From: Octopus bimaculoides
Lineage: Eukaryota
Length of the DNA: 36,059 bases
NCBI RefSeq assembly: GCF_001194135.2
Contig: NC_068997.1
Coordinates: 27,148,284-27,184,342 of the forward strand
Reading direction: 5' to 3'
In this document: positions 1 through 12,300 of the stretch, one piece after another
Layout of the letters: every line of letters starts with the position of its first letter
How positions within the stretch are numbered: position 1 is the stretch's first letter
Notes under the pieces: generated by a model
Seen by the model: the letters and a program-made list of their open reading frames with translations, nothing else
Database searches by the model: none
What the model was told of the DNA's origin: nothing
Made by a program: the position numbers and the translations under genes

Positions 1-42
<42 letters not shown>

Positions 43-728
43 AGACAAAATGAGATAACAAAGCCAAGGCTGTGTAAGCACAAATTCTTCCACCCCTTTT
101 AAATTCTTTCATAAATCTAAATGTAATCTCATCCCCCACGAATAGCACCCACATACAAATTCTTATGATCATTAACACATACCCCTTCTATATCTCTATA
201 ACTCTTATTCTACCTTATGTCATACCTTTCTTCTATCTACCTTGCCTCATCACAGTATGAGATAAATATTAATTCTTTAATTTATTCTTAATTTATTTTT
301 AAACCATAACCTAATAAATCCCCTAACTAACTCCCACTCATAAATGATTTAGCATTCAACTAGCGCTTCCATTCTTGACTACCTACATACTCATAACCCC
401 ATTACTAAAAATATACATATGCACATGTACATACATATACAATGGGTTACTTTCAGTTTCTGTCTGTTCTATCAAAATCACTCCCAAAGCTTTGGTTAGC
501 ATGGGGCTATAGTAGCAGACACTTGCCCAAAGTGCCAACAGTGCTTCAATAGTATATTCCTGTAATCTTTGCTAACATAACTCCACCCCTCAAGCAAAAA
601 CATAAAAATGAACAGACAAACGAATGAATTAATTAGGTTTTAAGATGAATAATGTGAAGAGAAGGATGTTGAAATAATGAGCTATTCTTTATTTTCTTTC
701 TAATTTTCTGTTTTGTCTTCCTCTTCAG

Positions 729-884
729 AACGTCTTTCACAGCTTGATGATCCCCCACCCTTGGCCATTCTTCCAATATATTCACAACTTCCTAGTGATT
801 TACAAGCGAAGATTTTCCAGAAAGCTCCAGATGGCATCCGGAAATGTGTGGTTGCCACAAATATTGCTGAAACTTCTCTGACAG
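729..884 (+). CDS. DHX38: DHX38 exon (motif IV/V region: [18 protein letters not shown]...[11 protein letters not shown])
   Basis: Polypyrimidine tract plus CAG at 726-728; donor ACAG|GTGATT at 884/885; phase 1 at both ends. Confidence 0.95.
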
Positions 885-3800
885 GTGATTTGGTAAATTA
901 TGGTTATTATGGTATAAGTGTGGGAGATTGGAAGTAGGTGTGGCACATTGCAGACAGGTATGATGTGTTGTTGACAGGTTTATTGTGGCCAGGTGTGGTG
1001 TGTTGTGGACAGGTGTGTATGTTGTTACCAGGTGTGGTGTGTTGTGGCCTGGTGTGGTGTATTGCAGACAAATGTGGTGTTAACAGATATTGCACACACA
1101 CACACATACAGCATTGTTCACTGTTCACACACTTCTCGTAGATATATACATGTAAGCTGTCTGCTGTTCAGCTACATATGAATAGATACACTCATCCAGC
1201 ATTGTTCCCTCCCTCTCTCTATGTGAGAGAGAGAGAGTCAAAGAATATTTCCCAATGCTTGTGTTAACCTTTGCTAAACTGTTCATCTTTCCAGTTGATG
1301 GTATTATGTTTGTCATTGATTCCGGTTACTGCAAACTAAAAGTGTTTAATCCCAAAATTGGTATGGATGCCCTTCAAGTATTCCCCATCAGTCAGGTAAG
1401 TGATGTTTTGCAGCTGTTTCCCATTAGTCACTAATTTGATGTTCTCCAATGTTTCACACTTTAAAAAATGCAGTATATAGAGATGAGTGAGTCCTAGATA
1501 ATCATGATGGGAGCACCTTTTCCATTGTTTTGACGAGGAGGTTTTTCCCTCTTTCTCAAAGACTGTCATTACTTTCGAGACAGTACTTCTTGATACACCA
1601 AACATTTCAGCCATATGAACACCAACAATTTGACCTCTTTAAAAGTCTGTAAGAGCTGACATTTTAATGAATTTTAATTACCTTTTTCTGATGGTATCTG
1701 AAATTTTAGCAAAACATATTAAGCAATACTAATAAATCAAAAAGCATAGAAATAAACAAACTTTTGATGGTTTTATAGATATTTCAAAATTTTGATGCTA
1801 TGATGCTAGGTGTTTCCATTATTTTGTCCAACCCCTGTATTGTTGGCTTTAAATAAATAAATTTGGTTACATGTAGGGAGTACTTTTTGTCTTCATTTGT
1901 TAACCCAAATAGATAAATAAATTATACATATATATGTAAATATACATACATACACATATTGATATATATAGGGATATATGTAATTGACTTACCCCTCCCC
2001 GCAAATTGCCTTGCACCAAAATTTGGAACCATTATTGATACTATGATTTACTAATTTGCATAATTACCACTGTCATTGACTACCAGACAATCTAAGTAAC
2101 ACCTGTATCCTGTCTTATATCTAGGCCAATGCTAATCAGCGATCTGGACGTGCTGGTCGAACTGGACCAGGGTAAGTTAATTTGTCTTCTTCTGAGACCA
2201 CCATCAATTTGGTGCTGGGGTAGTTTTAACATTTCTGCTTATTTTGTGACTGTTCATCATCATTATTGTAGAACATGTGGCAGCTGTGTAAAGATCGCCA
2301 CCTGGTGGGATGAGATGATTAGATGTGGCTGTTTGAATGGCTGACTGGAAATGAACCTGTTTTGGCACTGAAGGCCAAAAAACACACACATACAAAAAAA
2401 AAGTGAGAGAGAGAGAACAAGGGAACCATTTAAAAGTCTGATGTCAAATAAGTCAGCATTGAGTCAGCAAAACCAAAGAGGTTGGTAGTGCCATAATGGC
2501 TGTGCCAAAATGTCTCATACTCTTTGTATGATATATATTGAACACAGAATGGAGAGATGCAGACATTAGCCACCATTGCAATTCTCAGATCTAACAACAA
2601 AAATTGATAGGAAAAGACCACTGTCTGGGCCTCTGTGCATCAGAAAGGCCTTGAGCTATCCTACAGTTGAACCTTCTGGTCACTTGTCAAAAGGATCACT
2701 CCCAACTTTGCAGAATCCTATTCTCTTCCAACTATCAAATCAGGATGGTTCTGTAAGCACCCTTCTCCCTTTGCTGTCTGCTTTACATCCAATTCTACAC
2801 TGTACACATTTGACAAATCTCTAAATCTATTCCCTTCCAGGTCCACCACCTTGCTTACTCACTGGCCAAGTATAAATGTCTTTCCAGTTACTTCAAACTG
2901 ACATGGCCATCTAATAATGTCCCTTTAGGGCATTTGTCTTGTCTTGTGAGTTATTTGGTGATCTCACTGGTGCTGGAGCCTTGTAAAAAGCACTCAGTAC
3001 ACTCAATAAAGTGCTTGGTGTCAGGAAAGCATCCACCAGATATTGGCGCTTAGTGCAGTCCTCTGGTTTCCTGTTGAACCATCCAACCCATGCCAGCATG
3101 GAAAACAGCTGTTAAATAATGATAATGAAAGTAGTCTCTATATTCACCAAAGCTTTCTCTCTCTCTCTCTCTCTCTCTCTNNNNNNNNNNNNNNNNNNNN
3201 NNNNNNNNNNNNNNNNNNNNNNNNNNNNNNNNNNNNNNNNNNNNNNNNNNNNNNNNNNNNNNNNNNNNNNNNNNNNNNNNNNNCTCTCTCTCTCTCTCCC
3301 CCCTCCCCCTCTCTCTCTGGTTTATATCTTGATCTTTGAAAACAGAACGATACATCCCATTCCCAAGAGGGGCAACCCCTACCAACTATTGTTCTGTCTC
3401 ACCATACCTCAAAGGCTATGGAGATAGCCATTAACAATGTCACTTTAGAATGCTTTGAATTTTTCTCCTAAATGATCACAAATGAGACTTCCATAAACCT
3501 TGGTCTACTGGAAAACTACTTCCCTATGTCACCCACCACCTGCCAGCTCTTGTTCTTGAGAAATTTGATGACAGCAATGTTACTCCCCTTGATATCAGTG
3601 AGACTTTCAGTTGTACCTGGCATACAAATCTCCTTTCAGAACTATCTGCCTGCAGACTCCTTCCATCTCTCATCTCTTGGATTGGTAACTTCCTATCAAA
3701 TTGCACTATGAATTTATTTTTCTCTCATATTTTTATAAACTCTATGGACACAAAGGAATTCTGAAGTCAATCCAGTGTCATATAACTCCATACTGTTGAT

Positions 3801-5613
3801 GACATCAGGTAGCCAAACACTGTAAATGGGCTTTAAACAGCACACTACAAAGTGTATACCTAAATATAAAATTAGTACTTCTTTTTCATCATCATCATCA
3901 CCATCATCCTTTTATGTCAGATTTCCATGCTGGCATGGGTTGCACAATTTGGCCAGAGCTGGGAAGCTGTACTAGATTCCAGTCTGATTTGGCTTGGTTT
4001 CTATGGCTGGATTCTTTTCTTAGAAGCAACTTCTTTACAGAGTGTGTTGGGTGCTTTTAATGTGCCACCTGCACAAGTGCAATTTACATGGCTCTGGCAC
4101 ATTGTGTGTGTATGTACGTGTGTGCAGGCATGGCTGCATTGTTAAGAAATGTGCTTCCCAATCACATGGTTTCAGGATTTTGAGCACAGTCTTCTGTAGC
4201 CCCAGGCCAACCAAAGTCTTGTGAGTGGATTTGACAGGTAGAAACACACACACACTTTTGTCTCTGACAATATTAAGCCAAAGTGGGTATTTCAAGTGAA
4301 AGATGTCAACTGAATGACTAAAATTTCTTGTTGTCGTAATGGTGTGAATCATATCTGTTATCTCATGGTTGGTTGTAAAACAATCTACCATAGAATAAAT
4401 CTCTCTGTCAGAGGAGGAGATAAGGTACACTTTGAAAAGATAAAACACAAATGACTAGTAATCCTCATTTTGTACTTTGGTAAAATATAATCACATTTTC
4501 TTTTTTTTTTGTTAGTAAGCATGACATGAGAGGTGACAGTGAAGGGGTAGGAGAGCATGGGGGAAGGAATGCAAAAAAAAAATAATAAATCACCCAACAA
4601 TGGATACACCTTCGTCATCATCATCATCATCATCATCGTCATTGTTATCAGCATTGTTGTCATCTTTATCACCTTCACCATCATTATCATCATTGTTATG
4701 TTATCATCATCATCATCATCTCAGTACAAAGCTCACTGTTGTGTTGTGGTATTACACTTTTACTTGGTGGTAGTGTGGATGTTTAAACCTAGTCTAGACC
4801 TCCTCGACCCAACCACAACAATCCCGTTTAGAGATGTCTAGGGCTATATCTAATTTGTCCCTCTATATTCAACATAGCTGCTATTTCTAGCAGATTGGGC
4901 TATCCTCTACAGGATTCCTCATTGTTGCTGTTAGTTGTTTAACCCCAGGTCAATCCTACACCAGCAGTCCTATAATCAAAAGCATTCCAGCTGTGATTAT
5001 CCTGGTTTGTTTCCTTATGTGAATCAAACTCAAGACCACATTATCCAATATGTCCTTTTCTAATCTTGTAGGGAGAGATTTGAAGGCAGTTTTGCTGCTA
5101 CTTTCACCAGGTTGAGTGACCTTATAGAGGTTTCTTGGTTGTTGTGCTTTTGTTGGAGGTGTTGGTGTTGCCAGTGGAGATATTGGTGTTGGTATTGTTA
5201 GTGTTGTCATTTGCCTTGGACACACCAGCTTTCTCTTCGATGATTTCTAAATGTGGACATTGATATTTGTCACACTTGATGACTTTCCTTAGTAGCACCA
5301 GCTCACAAGCTAAAAAGATTCATGGAAACAGCAGCCAAATCTCCTTGAAATCTCACCCTAATGTTTATAAAAAAAAAGAGAAACTGAAGGACACTGAAAA
5401 TAATGCAGTCCTATAAACAGTATCTTTTATCTTTTATTTGTTTCAGTCATTAGACTGCGGCCATGCTGGGGCACCACCTTCAATTTTTAGTTAAACAAAT
5501 CAGCCCCAGGACCTATTTTAAAACCTGCTACTTATTCTACCGAACTTATTCTGCCGAACCACAGGGATGCAAACACACTAACACCAGTTGTCAAGCGGTA
5601 GTGGTGTGACAAA

Positions 5614-5660
<47 letters not shown>

Positions 5661-6024
5661 TGGGCTTCTTTCAGTTTCCATCTATCAAATCCACTCACAA
5701 GGCTTTGGCCAGCCCCGGGGCTATAGTAGAAGACACTTGCCCAAGGTGTCATGCAATGGGACTGAATCTGGAACTATGCAGTTGAGAAGCACCCTTTAGC
5801 ATTCAGATTATTCATAGCTTGTGTATTTTCCATAAGTATGGTGTCTGGTATACGTGTGTATGTGTGTGTGCACATATATAAAAATGTGTACCTACATGTA
5901 GACATACACATAAAATCATAAGTGATAGAGAAATAAGAAAATTCTGTTGCAAGTTTTTAAGTTACAAAACAATTTGTTGTGATATTAGAATTTTCTTATC
6001 TATATATATAAAAATGAGAATGTG

Positions 6025-6063
<39 letters not shown>

Positions 6064-6333
6064 GTGAATCCCTAAAACTCGAGAACTACGCAACCAATTT
6101 CATTCAAATTTTACACATGCCTTACTTAGGGTTCCAGTTGTATTTATTAACTTCTTGCAGAGTTCGAGCAACATAATATCTCCTCCACTATTTAAGTATT
6201 ACGTGTCAAAAGTGAAACAAAAACACTCATGTCAAATACTTTCACTTTAAAAATGAAACTATTCCACTAACTGAAACAATCACATTTGATACTGTTGTGA
6301 CAGATACTTTCACAGAGAGAGAAAGAGAGAAAG

Positions 6334-6366
<33 letters not shown>

Positions 6367-9300
6367 TGTATATGTATACATATACATGTATATGTACACC
6401 ATTTCGATACTGTAATGACAGATACTTTCAGAGAGAGAAAGAGAGAAAGAGAGAGAGAGATGTATATGTATACATATAAATGTACACGTATATGTATATA
6501 TATATAGATCTATACATACATGTATATGTATACATATGTGTAGATGTATATATATATATATATATAGATGTNNNNNNNNNNNNNNNNNNNNNNNNNNNNN
6601 NNNNNNNNNNNNNNNNNNNNNNNNNNNNNNNNNNNNNNNNNNNNNNNNNNNNNNNNNNNNNNNNNNNNNNNNNNNNNNNNNNNNNNNNNNNNNNNNNNNN
6701 NNNNNNNNNNNNNNNNNNNNNNNNNNNNNNNNNNNNNNNNNNNNNNNNNNNNNNNNNNNNNNNNNNNNNNNNNNNNNNNNNNNNNNNNNNNNNNNNNNNN
6801 NNNNNNNNNNNNNNNNNNNNNNNNNNNNNNNNNNNNNNNNNNNNNNNNNNNNNNNNNNNNNNNNNNNNNNNNNNNNNNNNNNNNNNNNNNNNNNNNNNNN
6901 NNNNNNNNNNNNNNNNNNNNNNNNNNNNNNNNNNNNNNNNNNNNNNNNNNNNNNNNNNNNNNNNNNNNNNNNNNNNNNNNNNNNNNNNNNNNNNNNNNNN
7001 NNNNNNNNNNNNNNNNNNNNNNNNNNNNNNNNNNNNNNNNNNNNNNNNNNNNNNNNNNNNNNNNNNNNNNNNNNNNNNNNNNNNNNNNNNNNNNNNNNNN
7101 NNNNNNNNNNNNNNNNNNNNNNNNNNNNNNNNNNNNNNNNNNNNNNNNNNNNNNNNNNNNNNNNNNNNNNNNNNNNNNNNNNNNNNNNNNNNNNNNNNNN
7201 NNNNNNNNNNNNNNNNNNNNNNNNNNNNNNNNNNNNNNNNNNNNNNNNNNNNNNNNNNNNNNNNNNNNNNNNNNNNNNNNNNNNNNNNNNNNNNNNNNNN
7301 NNNNNNNNNNNNNNNNNNNNNNNNNNNNNNNNNNNNNNNATAGTTTACAATGAGGTGTTATAATCACAACAGCAAGAAAGTATGTACATGATCACCTTCT
7401 TTTACGAAACTTCATTGACTTTCATATATTTATATTGATATACATATATATACGTGTGTTTGGGTGCGTGTGTGTATATACATCTCTATATATAAAGATG
7501 ATGCGTAGTCTAGACGGCGTTTTTAGATTTCATTATTCTCTTTAACCCGGGCAACGTCGGGTATTTCTGCTAGTTGTTAAATAAAATTTCATCAAACTAT
7601 TTCTCTGTCCTTTATGACTTTATAAACTCCTTATCCTTTTCTCTTATATATTACTATATATTCTCTATGTTTTGTGAAATGACACTTTAAGGAGCTTTTT
7701 TCATGAGTACTACCATATTACTTGAAATCATGTGTTGTGACTTAAATTTAGATATACACATAAGTATATATACGTACATATATTTATATACACACATGTA
7801 TGTAACCTATGTAATAGGCATACAAAAACAATTTAACTTTACTCTGTACATTGAAAATATGTCAAGCATTCTTAATTGGGTTCTTGTCAGCAGTGTTCAC
7901 ATCTTTTAATCAATCCAAGAGAAACAAGTAACCAATCTGTTTAGTTACACAACAAATCCAGTAACTTCAGAGAACTGGGGTAACTAATTTGCATACCATA
8001 AGTGTTTAACACTTAGTTTAATACCAGCAGTCAATATATATGTATGTTTGCTTATGTTATCTTTGTATGTGTATATATGCATATATACTTTTGCCTATGT
8101 GTGAGTGCATTTGTGCATACAATGTGTGTGTGTGTGTGTGTCTGTCTGTCCATCTATCTGTCCATCCATCCAAACAACACTTGCTAGCTAGATTGTGTGT
8201 TTGCATATGGGTATGTATGTCTGTCCGTCTGTCTGTCAACCTACCAAGCTATCCATCCTTCCATACACCAGCTAGCTAGTATGTGTTTGCATATGGGTAG
8301 GTGGGTGTGTATGTATGTATATACATGTATATATGTTTATGCATATGTGTATACACACATACACAAGTGAAAAAATTACAACGGAATCCAAATAATTGCT
8401 CTTCATAAGTTTGTGAAGAAAGACTAAGACAAGATAGATTTGTTTGTTCTATTGTAGATGACCTTCAAGTTTCGTTTGTGAAAGGTCTCTTTGATTTGTT
8501 GAATAACTTCATTAATGTTTGGTTCATTTCAGGCAATGTTACCGCCTATATACTGAAAGACAGTATAAAGATGAAATGCTGGTCACTTCAGTTCCAGAGA
8601 TCCAAAGAACAAACTTGGCCAATGTTGTATTGCTTTTGAAATCCCTTGGGGTCCAAGATCTCTTGCAGTTTCATTTTATGGACCCACCTCCACAGGTAAG
8701 CTTAATTACACAATTATCGTTCCTCTGTGATTCTTACCTATCTTTTTCATTTTGTTTTCAGACAAGAAGTATTCTTGAGAATGTGGAATAAGAATACATA
8801 CATAAATGTACAATATATCATCACCATTTAATGTCTCTGTTCCATGCTGGTATGGGTTGGACAGTTTGGCAAGGATCCAATGAGTGAAGGACTGTATTGA
8901 CATAGTTTCTATGGCTGGGTGCCTTTCCCAATGCCAACTACTTTACAGTGTGTAGTGAATGCTTTTTTCATGTCACTGGCACTATTGAGGTCACCATGTT
9001 GCTCACAAGTCAACAAATCCATGGACGGAGGATGTTACCTCTGTATGCTTGATGGGGTTAAGATATGAAAGAAAAGGTTGGAGTAGAACAGGTTCTTGAT
9101 GTGTGTACATACACACACACACACACACACACATGCACACACAAGGCGGTATCAAAAAGTTCCCAGACTAGTTCTGTAGCATGCCAACAGATGGCAGCAC
9201 ATGGTTGTGTGCACAGTGAGAGCTAGCAGTGTCCTTCATGAGGCAGTGAGCCATACCTGCTGTGTTTGGTTATAGGTCTGCTGTATCAAGGCTGCTTTGC

Positions 9301-12300
9301 AGCTATACAGCAAGAACAATGAAACATCACCTAAGAACTCTTTTGTTATTAACATACAACCATTCTTTTTGATAATTTATATTTAAAGTCTTGTTACATA
9401 CATTGTATCTTATTTGTGTCTCTCTCTTTCCACAGGACAATATACTGAATTCTATGTATCAGCTGTGGATTCTTGGTGCTTTAGACAACACAGGCATGCT
9501 TACACCACTTGGCCGTCAAATGGTAGAATTTCCTTTAGATCCTGCCTTATCAAAAATGCTTATAATTTCAATGGAGATGGAATGTAGTGCTGAAATTCTT
9601 GTAAGTATTCAAATTACTTATTTATCTTTTATGCTGCTGTTGTTGATGTTGTTATTATTATTATTATTAAGGTGGCAAGCTGGACAAAATACTTTGCGAT
9701 ATTTTGTCCATCTTTATGTTCTGGGTTCAAATTCTGCTGAGGTCAAATTTACCTTTCATCCTTTCAGGGTCAANNNNNNNNNNAATTTCAGACCTTGTGC
9801 CTATATCAGAAAGGATTATTGTTATTATTAAAGTGGTGAACTGGCAAAATCTTTAACACATAGGATTGAATACTAAGCAGCATTTTTTTTTTTGGCTCTT
9901 TATGTTCTGAGTTCGAACACCACTGTGGTTGACTTTACTTTCCATCCTTTCATTGTTGATAAAATAAAATATCAGTTGGACTCGGCAGGGGTTGATGTAA
10001 TTGACTTACCTCCTTCTCCGAAAATTGCTGGCCTTTTGCTGAAATTTGAAATCTTTATTTGTTGTACTCTAAAATTTTGTCCTAGTCAAACTTCTACATT
10101 ATTTACATTGAAGGTGATTTGACCGGGTGGTTAGAGTCTTGGATAGAATACCTCGTGGTATTTATTCTGAATCTTTGCACCCCAAGTTCAATTCCCACAG
10201 AGATCAACTTTACCTTCCATCCTTTAACCTTTTAGTATTTAAACTGGCCATTTCTGGCCTAAATATTCTACCTGTTTTATGTTCAAACTGGCCAGATTTG
10301 GCCACTCACACCTACCCTACAATGTCATTCTAAAAAAAATTATCACATCATCTGTTGCTCAAAACTATGAGATAATGTATGATTAAGTCAAAACAATGTA
10401 AATAAATCAGCATTACATTTGACAAAATTATCTGAATGCTAAAGGGATAAGGACCCCTCTCCCACCCTGGGTGGGGGAGGGGTCCTTATAAGATTTTGTT
10501 GCTAAAATTTATGTGCATTAAGTTGGTTATACTTCTACAATACACAAAATAGTTTAACAGTTTTTTTTTTTATATAATTCCTAAGATTATTTAATTACAA
10601 AAATATAATGGGATTTTTTAAACATTGAATGGCTAGGACAATCCATCTGAAGGGAATAAGAATCAAAGAGGTCTGTAGGTAAAAAATGGTTGAGAACCAC
10701 TGCTTTAAGGGGTGGATAAAATAGTGTAACAGTCCAGTGCAGTGGATTGGTAGAACTTTGGGGTAAGATACCTTGTAGTGTTTGTTCAGCCTTTTTGTGT
10801 TTTGAATTCAAATCCCACTATGACCTATTTGGAGTATGAAACTTAATTTGTCATCTAGCTTACTTGATGACATTAGTCGTTGGGTGCCTTTAGCAGGGTC
10901 CCTTCCATTGCAAGCATTCAGGTTAGATCTCTGATTTAAAGATAACTCCCTCTCTCCCGCTTGTCTTGAAGGTCTTGCCTTGCTCCTGTTGATTAGAAGA
11001 TAAAAAATAATGTATGAAAAAATATAAAAATAAAGAGAAAATTTAAAAGGAATATTTTTATTTTAGATTTATTATTAATTTTTTTTTCTGTAGTAAAATT
11101 CTTCCTTAAATGTTCTAATGTAATCTTTTGGCATTCAAAAGTGCTGAGTTCTGTTATAAAGATTGTGAATTTTGTTCAAACTGGTTTTTTTTATGACCTT
11201 TTTCAAGAGGTTACCATGTATTGCATCCAACCACTCTCTGTTTTTAATATTCAGGAAATCACATTTTATTTTATCATTTCATCATGAATGCATCAACTTA
11301 ATCTAACACCAGTCACTATCATGAAATGAAGAGGAAGGAGACCTTAGACAAGACTCTCTACTCTATATGCATACATTGTTTTTACATCTGACATTGTTAG
11401 TATTATGTATGGTGAAAGTTTAAACAAAAACAATTTTTGTATTCAATATCCACCAATGTTCTGACATAAAAGAAAATGTTTATAGATATGTAAGTTGGTT
11501 ATTGTTAGGATTTTCTGGAATTTCTACACTAGTTTGAGGTAGTTTCTCTACATTTTGATATTGTGAGCTTAATTTATCATCATCCGACTGAAACCCTTGA
11601 TTGTGATTTTCTTGTGGTGATGCCAGTTTAGCTGGTACTTTCTTGTCATTACTTTGCTGAAGATCAGATTTCTTTACTGGTTTTGTACTGATCTGCATAT
11701 CGCTGTTTAGTCTATGGTAGTTCCGATCTTTACACGTGATATAAATTAATCCAAAAACACAAGGTATTAATGCTAATAACCCTGCCACAATTCCTGTTAT
11801 TATGTTTACATCCTTCATGAAAACACTGATACATTTTTTTGAAATGATATCATCATCTCTGTCCAGAGCATTGACACATATGTGGTACGTGACAAATGCA
11901 GAGTCAGTATCAAAGGAATACTCATGTTCGTATTTCAGTGTAATGTCCTCGATCTGGTTTTCTGATGAGTCACTGATCGAAACATGGAAGCTATTCACAA
12001 TCAAACTTGTCATCCATTTAATTCTCACTCGGCCTTTCTCAATTTCGGTGCTAACATTCAAATTGGAAGAAGCATCAGAGTTGATATTTGGATTCCAGTT
12101 GTCACAAGTTTGGGGCTGGCATTTTAATTCCAAACTATTAATGAGTGCTTTGTCTATCTCTTTGCTGGAATTCCTGCAGGTCTTGATGTGAACTGAAGAA
12201 CCATACATGTTTATAATTGAATTCAAATGACAGTTACAAGGCAGAGAATTATGCTCAAGGTTTAAATTTTGGATGTCTTTTAGATTGTGGAATGGACACT

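Noticed and set aside
6480-7367. Long ORFs of 261-287 aa
   Set aside because: They consist of N-gap translation and (TA)n/(TG)n repeats.
11802-12191. 129-aa plus-strand ORF overlapping the LRR gene
   Set aside because: Antisense shadow of a real CDS, with no recognisable motifs.
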